The translations under genes and the position numbers were made by a program. From Tubiluchus corallicola (lineage: Eukaryota > Animalia > Priapulida), in the NCBI GenBank assembly GCA_030141605.1, contig JAQGDQ010000016.1, positions 374,282-438,281 of the forward strand: a stretch of 64,000 nt of DNA, in the 5' to 3' direction. Positions 1 through 13,945 of the stretch are shown here, piece after piece. Position 1 is the first letter of the stretch. Each line of letters begins with the position of its first letter. Under the pieces are notes generated by a model, which saw only the letters and a program-made list of their open reading frames with translations, made no database searches and was not told the DNA's origin.

Positions 1-59
1 TTAAATCTATTTTACTTGGCAACTTAGTAGTTGATAAATTTCATGCACACACAAATTCT

Positions 60-490
60 TTAACGGTTATGGTAAGCATATCGAGATAGTTATTTTCATA
101 ATTCAAATTGTCCCTGTTTGACAAATTGCAAAAATATTAAAAAATTACAACTCATAAAGTTAATCAAGGTTGCAAGGGAACCACCATAATTGCCTGCTTA
201 TGTCTGATTAGGTGACAATGATACAAATCAATTAGACGAAAGTTGTCTTTAGTACCAAAACTAACATTTTAAATAATTGATCCAAATTACACAGTAGAAA
301 ATTAACAATATACAGAAGAGACATAACACTTGATATCAGAGCATATCATCAGGTATTCTAATGATAACTCTCACTGATGCCAGGCAAGCATATTAAGCTG
401 CTGCAGACTGCAAGCACACAAGAACTGGAATGGGTTCAATTAAATAACATGAAATTTAATAGCTCTAAATTTAAAGAAATGAGCAATAAT
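60..490 (+). mobile_element. Highly degenerate non-LTR retrotransposon (CR1/L2 group) reverse-transcriptase remnant
   Basis: 428-484 translates to EWVQLNNMKFNSSKFKEMS, matching the W..NNM.FN..KF motif that follows the RT catalytic site in CR1/L2 ORF2. The upstream part is frameshifted and only faintly similar. Confidence 0.45.
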
Positions 491-3400
491 TTTCCAAGGT
501 GCATTTTCTTTTAAAATAGAATTGCTCCGGTAACGACAAAACATGTAATCAATGAAATACTAATTATATAATTAATTAATACTTTAAATAGACGTTTTAC
601 TGAGCCTACAGATAACGTCTCTAATGACGCTATTAATTTTTAATTACCCAAAATGATACGGCTCTCCTGAGTACCCCTACTGACTTCAAATTTCGCTTCA
701 ATTATTAAATTACACTTTAATGTCTTTAGTAAAATTCTGCTTATAAAATAACGAGAAGCGAAAATTTGCTAAGTGACTTAATTTGTCTTAAGGCAGTAAA
801 TTCCTAATGACTCTGCTTAATTATCGTTTAATTACCACAATTAATGGTTTGTTAATTTCTGCGCGGACGACTAATTAACGTTTTAACGTTAGTGGTTTCG
901 TTATTTTATGACGAAAAATTATATTCTTATGTATGGACACTCTTGGATGTTAGTTGAATCAGCCACTTCAGCTAATTGCCAACAACAATTCTCTCAACGT
1001 TGTGACCATGGACGGACGATGTTACAATGGAAGAAGCGGAAATCGCAGTGCTGTCGGCACAAGCATAAAAACCCAGCAATTGTTCTCAGTTGTTTTTAGT
1101 TACTTTACAAAAGTTTAACGATTGAGCACAACATGCACACGTATTTCAGTTAACCTTGAATACAGTTGAGTAACTGTTGTTATAGGGCATAGTTGTTATA
1201 ACTCAAGCTCATTTCATTTAATACAGGGTTAATGTGTATAAGTTCGTCGCCACTGATGTCTACAGATCAACAGTAATTGTGAGATATAATTGTTATGTTT
1301 TGCGTACAGTAGCTATGCGCAGATTAAAATAAACTGATAACCGTTTACATTTGTTATTGGAATAAGCATTTGCTACCAACTCGACAAAAATAACAAGCGA
1401 AATTATTAAATGATTTAATAATTACGACGATAAATAAGTGACGTAAAACACCATGTTTGTCGTGATACAATTGCGTGAAGAGGATGTTTATTTGATTTTA
1501 TGATATAAAGTATACGAATTTTATCTTTAATAAGTAAGTAATATATTGTAAGAAGCTTGTTTAGCGTTATTTTAAAATGGCGTTGGTAACTCTCGTAGTG
1601 ACCTTGTTTATTCAATTTTGTTTGTTTATTACTTATTTATCTACTCTGTTTTTGTCGTGCCATGTCCGGACCCACCAACACAGACATTGCTTAACCCGAT
1701 AAAAGGCAGGCGCACCAAGACGGGATGACCATAAAGACCACGCGGGTGTGCGTGCACTCTACCATCAGGGATTTCTCCGAAGTTGTGAGTTCGTTTTACC
1801 TTTAGTTATTTAGTGTAACCATTGACGCAATCTAAAGCGCGTTTCCACAAAACACCCTAACACTAAATACACAACAAAATGCACCAATTGAAACAATACA
1901 GTAAATAGAATTAACTAAAAAACACAAGAAACACCACATTATTCACCCAAGATAACAAATATAGCGAATTACCTATACATATATATATATATATACTTAA
2001 CTGAAAACATGACAGTGATGGAAGGCAGCCAGCCACGCATCAATTCCATCACGCTCCACAACAACTCCTCCGTGTGCACCAACTGCTGCACTCAAGGACG
2101 CCTGCCCCACCGTCTGAAAACCCCGACTCGTCCAGCGAGGACGTTTGTGCTAACCGCAACCATTTCTGAATGATGGTCCCCCATTGACAGCCAGGTCTAT
2201 GACTCATATGAAACTACAACATGCAAAACCACCGACCACCAGGCTCCAACCTCTAGGCAGACGCCCATAAAAACTTATCCCCATGAGACACAGGCAGGTT
2301 CAGTGCAACGTGGATCCAAGCGAACAAGGTCAAAGGCAAGTAAACAGGTAACTGTGTCCGCCGTCATGCAGACCACAAATAGACATGAAAAAATAAACCA
2401 AGTGCTGGGTTTAACAAGATAATATGAGATAGAATTTTAGCCAACTCCCCAATTAGTAGGCGGAAAACCGTTTCCCCCCGATTTACCTGACCTCCTCTTA
2501 ACTAGGCACATCTAACCTATCAAAACAGCCTCACTAATCAAATATATGCTAGCTCTCCAACACATATTTGTTTATTTATTATTTTACTCAGTCACTCTAT
2601 CCATCCACGTACGTATCATTTTATTAAACCTTGCAGCAACAAACTCGAGTTTGTATAAATTAAACCCTTTCATGACGAATCACGAACCAGAATATTGAAA
2701 TTTGTAGATTCTGTTACCATAGACAAATTTAGTTAGACAACTCTTCTCGATCATTAGGACCATTCTTCTCATGATGATGGCCAACACTTAAGAAGAGGCT
2801 GACGCAGGATGAAGAAGGGATCTTGGTCGGAAAGCTAATTCATCTACCTTTATGGTAAATGTAACTGATATAGTGTAACTGACGGTAATAATAGTTTTGA
2901 ACTCTCTTCTTGTAAAACAACGAACATTCATAACCTCATGCTACGTATTTGAAAACTTTCTACTAGGCAATGAAGTGTACAGTACAAAAGCTACTAGAAC
3001 ATGTAGACCAGCTAATCCATTATTTAATCATGGCGAGTCACGTGAATAGCTCCCAAAAAGGTCCATTGATTTGTACGGAACTGAAAAAATGAGTTGTCTT
3101 ATAACCCCAGGAGGCATCTAGTGCCCGTTTCCACGCCAGTACAGAAAGCAGCGACCACGACTTTTTACAAATTACTCGACTGAGCGGCAGAGGCATGCAC
3201 AAAATTCACGTGCTATTTTCTGTCTTTAATCAATTTTATTATTTATAATACGCCTTTTTAGAATTTTTATTAGACCAATTTTTGTAATTTCATTGAGTAC
3301 AGTTAGAAGGTTGCTACATAGACGGTCTTTCCATCTATTTGGCGCAAAAATTGCAAACGGGTGGCCTTGTTTCGCTCTATGATTTTTCAGAAAATGACCT

Positions 3401-3676
3401 AATATAGTAACTCTCATAGTATATCAGTCTTCTAGACACTAATAACAGTTAGTCTTCTAGATACTTTAGTACTAAACCGTCTGTTACAAATCATTTTTGC
3501 ATGTTCGCCGTTTCGTCACTTTTTGCAGGGATAAAAAGAGAAGCTGTCGAAATGTAGTGTATTAATTAGTTATACTTGTTATACATGAAAAATCTAAAGT
3601 AACATTTTTGGTCTTTTTAATCAGCGAGCAGTGTGCGATTCCAACAGAACCATACGCTGACTTTTCATCACTTTTC

Positions 3677-3730
3677 GTCGTCATCATCATCATCATCACC
3701 ATCATCATCGTCGTCGTCGTCATCATCATA
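3677..3730. repeat. (CAT/CGT)n trinucleotide microsatellite
   Basis: Directly visible. A second (CAT)n run lies at about 5910-5950. Confidence 0.9.
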
Positions 3731-6329
3731 ATGTCAAGAATCGAGTTTGGGCATAATGTCTGGGAATCCACTTTTAACTCACGTTAACTCGCAAATGCAG
3801 AGTGTTAGGGTCACGAAACTTGCAGTATGGTGAACGTTGACGTCGGTCAAAGGGTCTAGGTCAAGAACATCTTCCAGACTCATAAAAAAGAGTTACTCGA
3901 CATAGGAGTCACGAAATTGGGCAAGTAGATACCTGGGTAGGGGACTCAGACAATGGTGTGTTCAAAAAGCTGGGGTTGTTTAAGGCGAGGCAATAGAAAC
4001 CAAAACGTGAAAGCTTAAATAATTCTAAGGTACAACTCTGTAAGGTAGATACGGGTCGGGGGAGGCTCCAGACAGTGGTGTGGTTAAAAGGCATGGGATT
4101 GTTTACGAGTCCAAAACGTGCGATAAAACCGCATTGGACCAGGCATAGTCAAGTGATAATTACTGCCAAGCGTTTTTGTTCACAGGTTCGTCATGCACGA
4201 CGTAATCGTAGTGAAGTGATAAATATGCGCACGCAGTAACTGTTGTTCATCACTTATCAAAGCAATTAAACATAATACTACTTGCCCATTCTCTATCACG
4301 CTAAAAATTGTACTAACAGAAAAGAGTAGTTACGCACTTATCTACCTGCAACCCGAGGCAATCCGTGTTATTGATTTGAATATATTCTATTTGGCACAGC
4401 ATTTAAGCGAGCAATTTGGACATCAAAAAAGCATTATCAGCTTGCAGCGACAAAATTATTACCTTAATAAACTGTGATGATTAGCTGCAGATAATATATT
4501 TTCCTTTCTTGTTTTCTCCACCATTAAGCTCTTTTATTGCTGTTAGGTTATTAAGTAATGAGTTTATTAGGAAAGCATGAAACAATTAGGTGTGTTTATT
4601 AAAAATTAATTATAGACTTGAAAGTCTCGGACATACAGATCAGATTATAAAATTAAAATGTATTTGAATTCGCTCCAGTTCAATTTTTTTGAATTTGAGA
4701 AAAGTGTTACTATAATTGAACAACATTTCGAAAGGTCACAAATCAGTGTCAGGTCAGTATTTTGTAGACTAGGTTTTGAGTTGACAATGTCATTTTTCAG
4801 CATCTTAATCAACAGTCTATTTTAGGAGGGCTTGAAAAATTGACTAGGAGTTGAGCCTAGAACTTTTGGTTTCAAAATACGATTACGCATAAATTTTGCG
4901 TTCGTAACCCCATGCGTGGTGTAGGTGCCAACCTGTGCGTACCATAAGTGCCAAACTTCTGCTAACTGCTAACACGCGTGAGCTGCTATAAATCTACCAC
5001 AGGATTATTAACTTTGTATTAATGCAGTAATCTCTGCCAGGATGATTTCAATTTGTAGGTAAAACTAATAAATTAGAAAACCATGTAGCAGATTAACCTT
5101 AGTTCGGATCCTGATTGGTGGATTACGGCCGAAAGCTTTCTTTGCTACATGTAGGAAGAAAATAATTACCGTGGTCTAGTCAAGATTATTGCTGCTAACA
5201 ACCATAACTTGAATCAGTTTTTTACATTAAGTCACTATTAGACACACCGTTTATTAATTAAATTAGTGTCACTGAAGTAATCCATTTCTGGTAAAAAGGT
5301 TATTTTTGGTTAGCTGAATTCGATTTCTCCCCATAGGTTTGGAGGACGCAATTAAATGCTGGTGCGCGTTACCCCGAAAGATACTTATTTGTTTCTAGAG
5401 AGAGAAGATGTTTAAACAAGAATACACTTGAATGTATTATCGGAACCAGTTCTAGCTAAAAAGTTTATAAATTATCACAAGTGTTTTGCAGTCATTTATA
5501 CCAAACCAATGCTGCTCTTTGATATAAGGGCATGTTGGTCTGATATAATTAATTTAGCTGTAACTTTTTGACTGCTTCAAATTCCACACTATAAGGTTTT
5601 CTTAGAAAGAATTTAAAACAGCTCTAACGATCGACGCTGGCTAAAACTATTTTTCTGCTTATAGTGCTAGGACATTATAAAACTACTTAAGCAGATTAAC
5701 AATGGGTCATCTCTGCAGACTCTGCACCGCAGCCGTTGTATTAAGGCCTGCACAAGACATGTCAACGAAAAAGCTCTTCGGAGTCATTCCTTAATTGAAC
5801 TACAGACTTGAATAACTTGCTTTTTTAGAATAGCCATTGTCAGTTTGCCAAGTTTGTTTGTTTACATTATCTTCGCAATATTTGTCATCGGCATCGTTGC
5901 TTTTGATAGTATCATCATCATCATCATCATCATCATCAACACCACCATCATTTCCGACATCCTTTCTTCTTCCTTTTTCTTTTGCGCCCTTCCCTCGTTT
6001 CCTCTTTTTCAAGTTGCGAAATGCTATATAAAAACTGGATTGCCCTTAAGAATAACAAGTACCACTTTTCTTTCATAGGCTTTCAAGAATATGAATTTTC
6101 CGGCGCTGATGTTTTATATCTGTGTTGCAAATGCTACTTTCAAAAGTAAATAACATCTGTTGTTAGAAGCTCTTTCAAAAAAAGTAACTGCTTCAGGTTA
6201 CATCCTCCACTTTAGAAACAGTAATACAGCTACTTTTATGTTAAACTTAATGCTCAGAAATTGGCAATATTCTGCCGCCACCGCTAGTCACCGCCACTAT
6301 TAGGATCAGTAAACATAAACGTACGTTTT

Positions 6330-7350
6330 CATGTCTCTCAACTTATTACCATGAAAACTGATTAAGCCTGGTAAATGCGTAGTATACAAACTGGGCTGAT
6401 CGCTTATAATACAGCCGAGAAAAGAAAAATTAGTACGGTAACGTTTTATATTTTCTTCAGTTTACTTTTAATTTCTGAATATGTAAGTTATATGATAAAC
6501 GTAAGACGAAGTTTACGTTAATTTATTACAATATACATGTAATACATAATACAATACATATGCATGATATGAAAAGTAAAATACATAATGACAAAGACTA
6601 AATTTACTTCAGTTTCACAATAAATACATTACATTCATAAATATTACATAACAGAAATTACTTGTACATTACCGCTTTATTTAAGAACTAGTTCTAAATT
6701 TATAATTAAGGAAACTTATGTTAGTTATTTGAGACGTGGATATATATATTTTTAAATACTTCAAATTTGTAAGAGAAGTTACTTCATTCACATGTGTTGG
6801 TTTTTGAAATCTAATTATTTGGTAATGTTTAGTTTTTTTCTTGAATATAGACAGTGATTTTGAGTGTTTAACAGCAGATGGGAAGAAGTTCCAAACATGA
6901 ATTACTTGTTTGCCTATTGAATTATTACCAAATTTATTGTTTCTGTGAATTTGCTTTAGGTTATGAGTACGGCTATTCTGATTAGTAGCTGACAAGAAAG
7001 GGAGTTTATTAATCTTAGATGGGATTTTAAGGCCATTGATATATTTATACATAAGACAACTAAAGTATGATTGTCTCGCTGAGATTCTAATATGAGGATT
7101 TTCATTATTAATGTTTGATTGTCCTCTAATTTGGCGTAGATAAGCTATACTGGCTGCGATCTTTTTATAGATTTAATTAAAATGTTCCTGCCAATCTTAT
7201 TTATTTTGTATTGCTATGCCTAAGAATTTGACAGTGTCTGCTTGTTCTATAACATCTTTACCTATGTTTAACGAAATATCTGTTATTGCACTATTCATTT
7301 TAGACCATGATAATTAAAGGCAAAAGTGATGTTTTCTATATCTTGTTGTT
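6330..7350 (-). mobile_element. 3' fragment of an L2/Crack-type LINE (ORF2 C-terminus plus 3' UTR) with stops and internal deletions
   Basis: Minus strand reads IEQADTVKFLGIAIQNK*DWQEHFN*IYKKIAASIAYLRQIR, then MYKYIN...P...HVWNFFPSAVKHSKSLSIFKKKTK (ORF 6681-7052). These are the typical post-RT and terminal motifs of L2/Crack ORF2. The 3' boundary is approximate. Confidence 0.8.
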
Positions 7351-9490
7351 GTTCATGTTTAGCCGTTATTGGATTCTTGTGAGCTGCGTAAATAGTGGTA
7401 TCATTACATTTTACAACAATCCATTTCTCATATTTTGGACCTGGGTGCTTCAGAAATTCCTCGCAAATTTCAATTTTCTTTGCAGCGTACGACTAGCAAC
7501 GATTGTATGTTGAAGTCGCTTTGTTTTTGTTACTGTGACCGTGTTTCCTGAGATATACGTTATCAGTCCTTTCGTGCTACCTACCTCCTGGAACATTGTA
7601 ACCTGGAATGACCTTATGTTAGCTACATCGATAGCGCAGTCGTTTTTCAGGAACGTGACATAAAGCTATAAAGCCACTTTGTCTAGCTTGGCTCAAACTT
7701 CGCAAACCTAACTTAATAACCTGTAAACGCTGTAAACCCAAAAAACTTCCACGCAGAAAGTACTCAAAAACAAGAGACAAACGAATGTAATAAACGTGTC
7801 TAAAAATCGGAAAACTTGAACTTATTTACCCAGGGTTAGTGACGTTCACAACCTGTCGAAAAAGTGATGATGGTAATTATGATGTGACTACATAAGCATC
7901 ATTGGTAAAAATAATGCCGATATAATCCAAGTTACAGTTGCTGTAATAGTCATAAACATTACCAGAATAGCCACTGCAGCAAGCGTTGTAATTTGCGGTT
8001 GTTTGCGGTAAATGAACAATTTTTACTGCATTACATAGCTGTGATGCAGTTTTATGTACAAGTATGTCTACTTAGGTTTATGTCTGAATTTCGCGCATTC
8101 ATGACATAAACTAAGACATTAATGATAACTTTTTTACATTAGCACTGCCTGCATTTCGTAGCGATTCAAGTTTGGCAATCTTTGAGGTTTTGCGGTGGGA
8201 GCATTTATAAGACGTTTTTATAATTAACGAACAGTTGACGTGGCTTCTTCATATTAAGATTTGTTGTCCTAGTGTTTATCTGCTTATGGCCAGACAGTGT
8301 AGACCCTGCTTTACTGGAGAACCAAACAGCGATTTTTAAAATTTGCCTCACTGAGCCCAATATCGACTTCAAGGCCGATTTCAATAAAACGATTGCGTTT
8401 TGGATTAAAAGTGTTCTTGTGATGTTATCAAGTTTTGGAAGCTTTATCCCACTTATATGCTTTGTTCATTGTTAATGCAAATTTCCCATCGTGTTTAAAT
8501 CAAGTTCTGTAAACACGTATGCTGATTCTATTTACCGGAACAGTCAAGCATAAGCTGTCACATATAAAAACATACCGAGCTTTCGCTTATTGGCAGTTTA
8601 TGCCAAGCGATCTATGTTGGTCAAACTAGAACGCAATATTAAGGCTCTTCCATATACATAAATTGATCATCGAGTAAGCTACGTTACTCACCTGTATAAG
8701 AACATAAAACCTTGATGGGTACTGAAAATACGTTATAAAATTGTTGCAAATTTTTTGGTTATAAGTTATGATTCTATTTAGTGTTCTAAATGTGTCCAAA
8801 AATATTTTCAAAAAGTTGTCGAGAGATAACATATTTACGTACTTTTTAAGACAACATTCAGGTATCTCGTTTTAAAATTCCTGTTATGTCAGCTTCGATT
8901 ACCGAACGATCTAAGTTGACGTTTATTTCAATTTAATGTTTCAAGTTTAGTATTTGTAATAGCAAATGTGGAAATTACCAATGTTCTCTCTCGGGTTTTA
9001 TTTATTTTCAAAACTGCAAGGATTAATCAGTGCGTTGCTTAGTTGCTGTTAAGCCAATTGCAATAATATTTGAATGCAATCGTACATTAGGCTTTGTAGC
9101 TTGCTCGATAAATGAGAATTTTCTGGGTTTACATTTGAAGTCTTGTGCTGTTTTCTGGAGCAGAGGTGTAAATAGCTGCATGGCTACGTATGGGAAAGTG
9201 CGTAGTATATGTAAAACGGAGCATTGTATATATGAGTGTAAATTAAAATTGCTGCAGTAGACTTCTGAAAATAAGTTCGATGCCACTAAAATTCCCAAGA
9301 ATTCGAAGTTCAACCATAAAATTATCATTTGGTCTCTGTCGTAACTGCTGTTAACTTTTTATTAATGTTTAAAAGTAATGACGGACTTTTGAAACACCTG
9401 ATATTGTTAATAAACATGTATAGTCACCAGTCTTGAAAGTGTTTTATTGCTTGCTGGGTTGTAATAAATGACGTTTGTCTTTTCGTTTAG

Positions 9491-10208
9491 GTACATTGCT
9501 ATCATTCATCCGGTTCACGCTCACTTGTGGTGCAGCAAGAGAAGAGTGATTGCCATTATTGTCACTATCTGGCCAATAGCCCTCATTTTCGCTTTGCCGC
9601 AAGTCCTCTACCACCGCATCATTGAGGTCAAGCCTGACTTTTACCCGTGCATATTGTTCCTTCCCGGAGGAGAGGTACAACATCTTGCATTCAAATACAC
9701 AGAGTTCATCTTCTTCTACCTGGTGCCGATGATACTGCAGGTGGTGTTGTACTCTATCATCAGCGTCAAGTTGTTTGCCAGCGTTGAGAACCTTCACGCC
9801 TCATCAACCAAGAAGATTGGAGCAGAACCAAACACTGCCCAAAGGAAGGAAATCGCTGATGCCATGGCAACACGCAAAGGTGTAGTCAAGATGCTCATCG
9901 TTGCCGTTACCGTCTACTTCGTGTGCTTTTCGCCTCACCAGATCCTTCTCTTCTATAACACGTTTTCAACCACCCCTTTTGTGGCCACGTGGACCTATTT
10001 GATCTTCGTCAACATCATGGCGTACGCTTCTTCAGCGGCTAACCCTCTCCTGTACAGCGTGTTTAGTCAAAAGTTTCGAGAAAAGTTCAAGAAGACGCTC
10101 TGTTGTTGTTTTGCGGTCAAAAGGCGTGAAAGGACTTCAATGCTGTCCTTTGGCACGTCGTCCACTCGCAGAAGTATTCGTGCGAATACAGCCATTAGTG
10201 AAGTATGA
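9491..10208 (+). CDS. Terminal coding exon (end of TM3 to C-terminus) of a class A neuropeptide-type GPCR; N-terminal exons not found in the window
   Basis: The acceptor ttttcgtttag|G at 9490/9491 splits the Arg of the (D/E)RY motif. The exon encodes RYIAIIHP, TM4 W...P, an ECL2 Cys, TM5 FYLVP...Y, TM6 KGVVKMLIVAV..YFVCFSP, TM7 SSAANPLLY, helix 8 FREKF and a CCC cluster. The ORF-track Met at 9468 is intronic. Confidence 0.93.
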
Positions 10209-11598
10209 TAACAAACATTCAATGTTCGTAGCGCTTACTGTACTTGTTGTAATAATCACCGGAGGTTCATGTTAATGTTGTTGTTGTTAATGAAGAATGC
10301 CATCTATTGTTGACTTATGATTAGCTGATATGATGGAAGACTGGATTTGATAGTGCAACCGTCATTTTGGAGAATATTATTTGGTTTAGGCATGTATCTG
10401 TATCCTATGTACACCAAGACTTCAGTAAGCACGGCTTCAATTGGTCTATGGAGATCGCGAATGGTCATCGTTAAAAAGGATTATTGCAGCTTGACTGACT
10501 GATAATTGATTTTTGCATTGTGAGCTGTTAAATAATACGTATATTTATTTACATATATTACAGTTAAAGCTACCTGGTAGATGTATTTAATTTATTATAT
10601 TTAAATATAAGTCATTAATAGCTAAAAATTTAGTGTGGAAGACTCATTTTTCGGAAAGTGACCACTTATAGAGAAATTTGAAGTATTCCTTTCATTGGGA
10701 GAACATGTATTGTGTATCCTGACTTGGCTAAGCATTGTTCCTGGTTAAGTGTTTGATGACTTTGATCCCAGAGGATTATCGTGGGCAATTAGAAAGTTTT
10801 GGTGCCGTCATAACTATTAGCATTAAGTAGACCTTGTCGTTGAGTATTGACATGTGTACATATATATGAAAAAGGAAAGTAAATTTGGTGACTCGTCATC
10901 CCTTCGTAGGAGAACGATTAAGAAAACATGAGCGAGTTGTCAACAAACTAATTTTTTTAATTACGTTTTTTAAAGTGTTAAAGCCTTAAAAGGATCATTG
11001 GACTAATCGTATTATAATATGTAACACCTACAATGTTGCAAAAAAATGACAACGTGTGTCGCAGTTAAAAGTTCTTCATCTGTCAGGCCATATTTAAGTC
11101 ACTTTTTGTTTTTGTTTTCATGAACTGCGGTAAGATGATCCATTACAGTTCGCCTTAACCTTTGGATTCGAACTATACAAGATTTACAGAGTTACAAAGT
11201 TGCAAATCTTTCAATTGATATAATGTCAAAACGTTGATTTTATAAAGTTATGTAGATTAGTTTGTCTTGTCTTTTGTAATGATAGTTTCAAACAAACGAC
11301 GTCTTTTTAAATATTGACCGCGTACGTGCTGCTTCATAGTAATCACAAATCAATTTGCAAGGTGTGCTGAGCAATAAGTGCAGCGCATTTGAGGGCTTTT
11401 TTTCGCAGGAAGAAAACTCTTCAGTATGAAACAACGCAGGAAAGACGTCGTAAAAAACCACTTACCACATATGAAATATCAAGCGCGTGAAAACAGGAAC
11501 ACAGGTGATTAATGGAGCATGCACATGCATCCGGATTGTCACTACGGCGAAGCAATGGATGGTTCAGAACGTGCGAAGTCAGTGGCAGCTGTTTGTTA

Positions 11599-11812
11599 TG
11601 GCGCGTTCAGATATAGAGACTTCTCTCGCAACTTGTTGCGCAACTTCTCTCTGAAAGTAAAGTTGAAACGTACGAGCGGTTTGGCAACTTGTTCTGCAAA
11701 ACGTGTGAACGGCTTGGCAACTTCTCTCGCAACTCGTTGCACGTGTGAGCAGCTTTGCAACATTACTTTCAAAGAGAAGTTGCGAGTGAAGTCTCTACGT
11801 CTGAACGTGCCA
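11599..11812. mobile_element. PIF/Harbinger-type MITE, 214 bp, largely palindromic
   Basis: Left TIR TGGCGCGTTCAGATATAGAGACTTCTCTCGCAACTT; reverse complement of right TIR TGGCACGTTCAGACGTAGAGACTTCACTCGCAACTT. A 3-bp TTA target-site duplication lies at 11596-11598 and 11813-11815. Confidence 0.88.
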
Positions 11813-11815
11813 TTA

Positions 11816-11821
11816 AATAAA
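11816..11821 (+). terminator. Candidate polyadenylation signal of the first GPCR
   Basis: First canonical AATAAA found by eye downstream of the stop codon at 10208. Confidence 0.4.
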
Positions 11822-13681
11822 AACAACTTAGGAAGGCTCTATCGAAACACACATTTTCGTAGAATTCGCATACGTGTGTACATTGTGCAATTATTGTGCA
11901 CATCTCCTATTTTACATTGTGAACATATGGTAACGGTTTATTGAAACAATTCCATTATTAAGAAAAAAGGAAAAACACATTGTTTCCAACCACAATGCAA
12001 ATTGTGCGTTTCATGCAGATGATCTGGCAGATACAGTTCACCAGGTTGTGAGCTGATGTGGAATATTCGGAGTCTCCGGCGACAGAACGTACAGGCCTTT
12101 CAGTGCGACGCCATTAGATATTTTAGTGCGTTTGCTCTTGCAAGTTCATTTACTGTGATTTGGTCTTTTTGTAATAATAGATTGGAAATTAAACGTAGGC
12201 ATATGATCGCTTGTCTACGATGCCAAAAAACATGGCACACCTACAATTTTCTCATTTTGTACTTCACCTGCAGGCTGCAAATTTCTTACTATTTGTTTTA
12301 TTTTTTGAGAATTAGCCTTTATTATCCAAGCTACGAGAACAGGCTAGAAGTTAAAAAGGGAGAAGATGGACAAAAATTATTAATGAGCGTATTAACATCA
12401 GTAGCATGTACAGTATCTGGTGATAGAAAGTGCCACGTATTTGTACACAGTTAACAAAGGAATACCTAACACTGAATTTACAAAATCTTTTAAAGTTTCT
12501 AAGCGACCAATTCAACCATTTATATTATAAGTTTTAAGCACCACCTTGAGGTGAAAGTGCTAACTGTTTCTGGTGTTTCATTTCTACATTCGTCTTCGCG
12601 TTTACGCAGTGCATGACTGCGCCTGTTTCATTATTAATAGTGACTACGATGCTTTGTCCCCATCGTCTCATAAACCGACTCTGCCCGACAAGGTTGCACG
12701 TTTCATCTACCCTTACAGCTACAAAGTACTAAGTTTGATAAAATATTTTATTTAATTTCTACAGTAGTGTCAAACAGTTATGTAGAATGGAGTAAGTTTA
12801 CTATTATAAAAAACAAAACAAGAAACCCTAAATCTGCAAAGGTTTATGAAATGACAAAAATATTTAATAGATTTAATAGTAAGTTTGAATGGAATTCAAA
12901 TGTGATTATGACTGTGTGGCGCCATCTATAATTGAAATCGCAACTTGCTGCACGCAGAATTAACACACAGTATTGCTATATTGTACTGTAGTTTAGAACA
13001 CACAAAATGTGTGCATTAACATTATCATAAGGAGGACATATTCCAGCTTAATAGTCTAAAGTAGTTAAAATTTTATGTAGCTCAGTTTACACAACTATAC
13101 AAACTTAAATGCTGTACTCAAAACAAAAAGAAGCTACTTGCAAAATCAAAATGTTTTAACATATTACAGAGTGTCTTAACGCAATCTGTTCACTTAAATT
13201 TAAGATCCATTTGATTTGCTAATAATTCACCTTTTGCAAAAATTATGTCATTATGTTTTCATATTAAAATTACATGTTTGTTTCATGGTTTTTGTAAGTC
13301 TCATAATAATCTGATCCTAAGTCATGTATTATGAACTACAGAAATAATTATTATATTGTGCAGATAAAGATGAAAAAGTATTCACGCAGTGTCCTCAAAT
13401 AATCCTACCCTTTCTACAAATCAGCGTAAACTACTTGGCAAGCTCAGTCAGTCGTGATAAAAAACGCAAACAATGCGCTCTAATAATTTAATAAATGATT
13501 TAACAAACGGTTTAATAATTTGGTTTAATCGCGTTATATAGTAGTTTTGTATTTATCACAACACTCTATTTGCACAGATATCAAACTTTTTGTAAGATTG
13601 CTTAATTTTTTGTACTGTGCTTTGACAATGCTACCATATCTAATGTCTGCCAAATAACTTATTATTGTGCTTGAACGTCTG

Positions 13682-13945
<264 letters not shown>

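Noticed and set aside
7470-7680. Possible upstream GPCR exon after the acceptor-like ttttctttgcag
   Set aside because: All three frames hit stops quickly and show no TM1-3 motifs.
9444-9797. Antisense or alternative-frame ORFs over real genes (also 14781-14981, 33442-33834, 33742-34077)
   Set aside because: Shadow ORFs of the GPCR and sulfotransferase coding sequence.
11519-11944. Overlapping 141-aa and 76-aa ORFs
   Set aside because: They span the palindromic MITE, and their mutual similarity reflects the inverted repeat.
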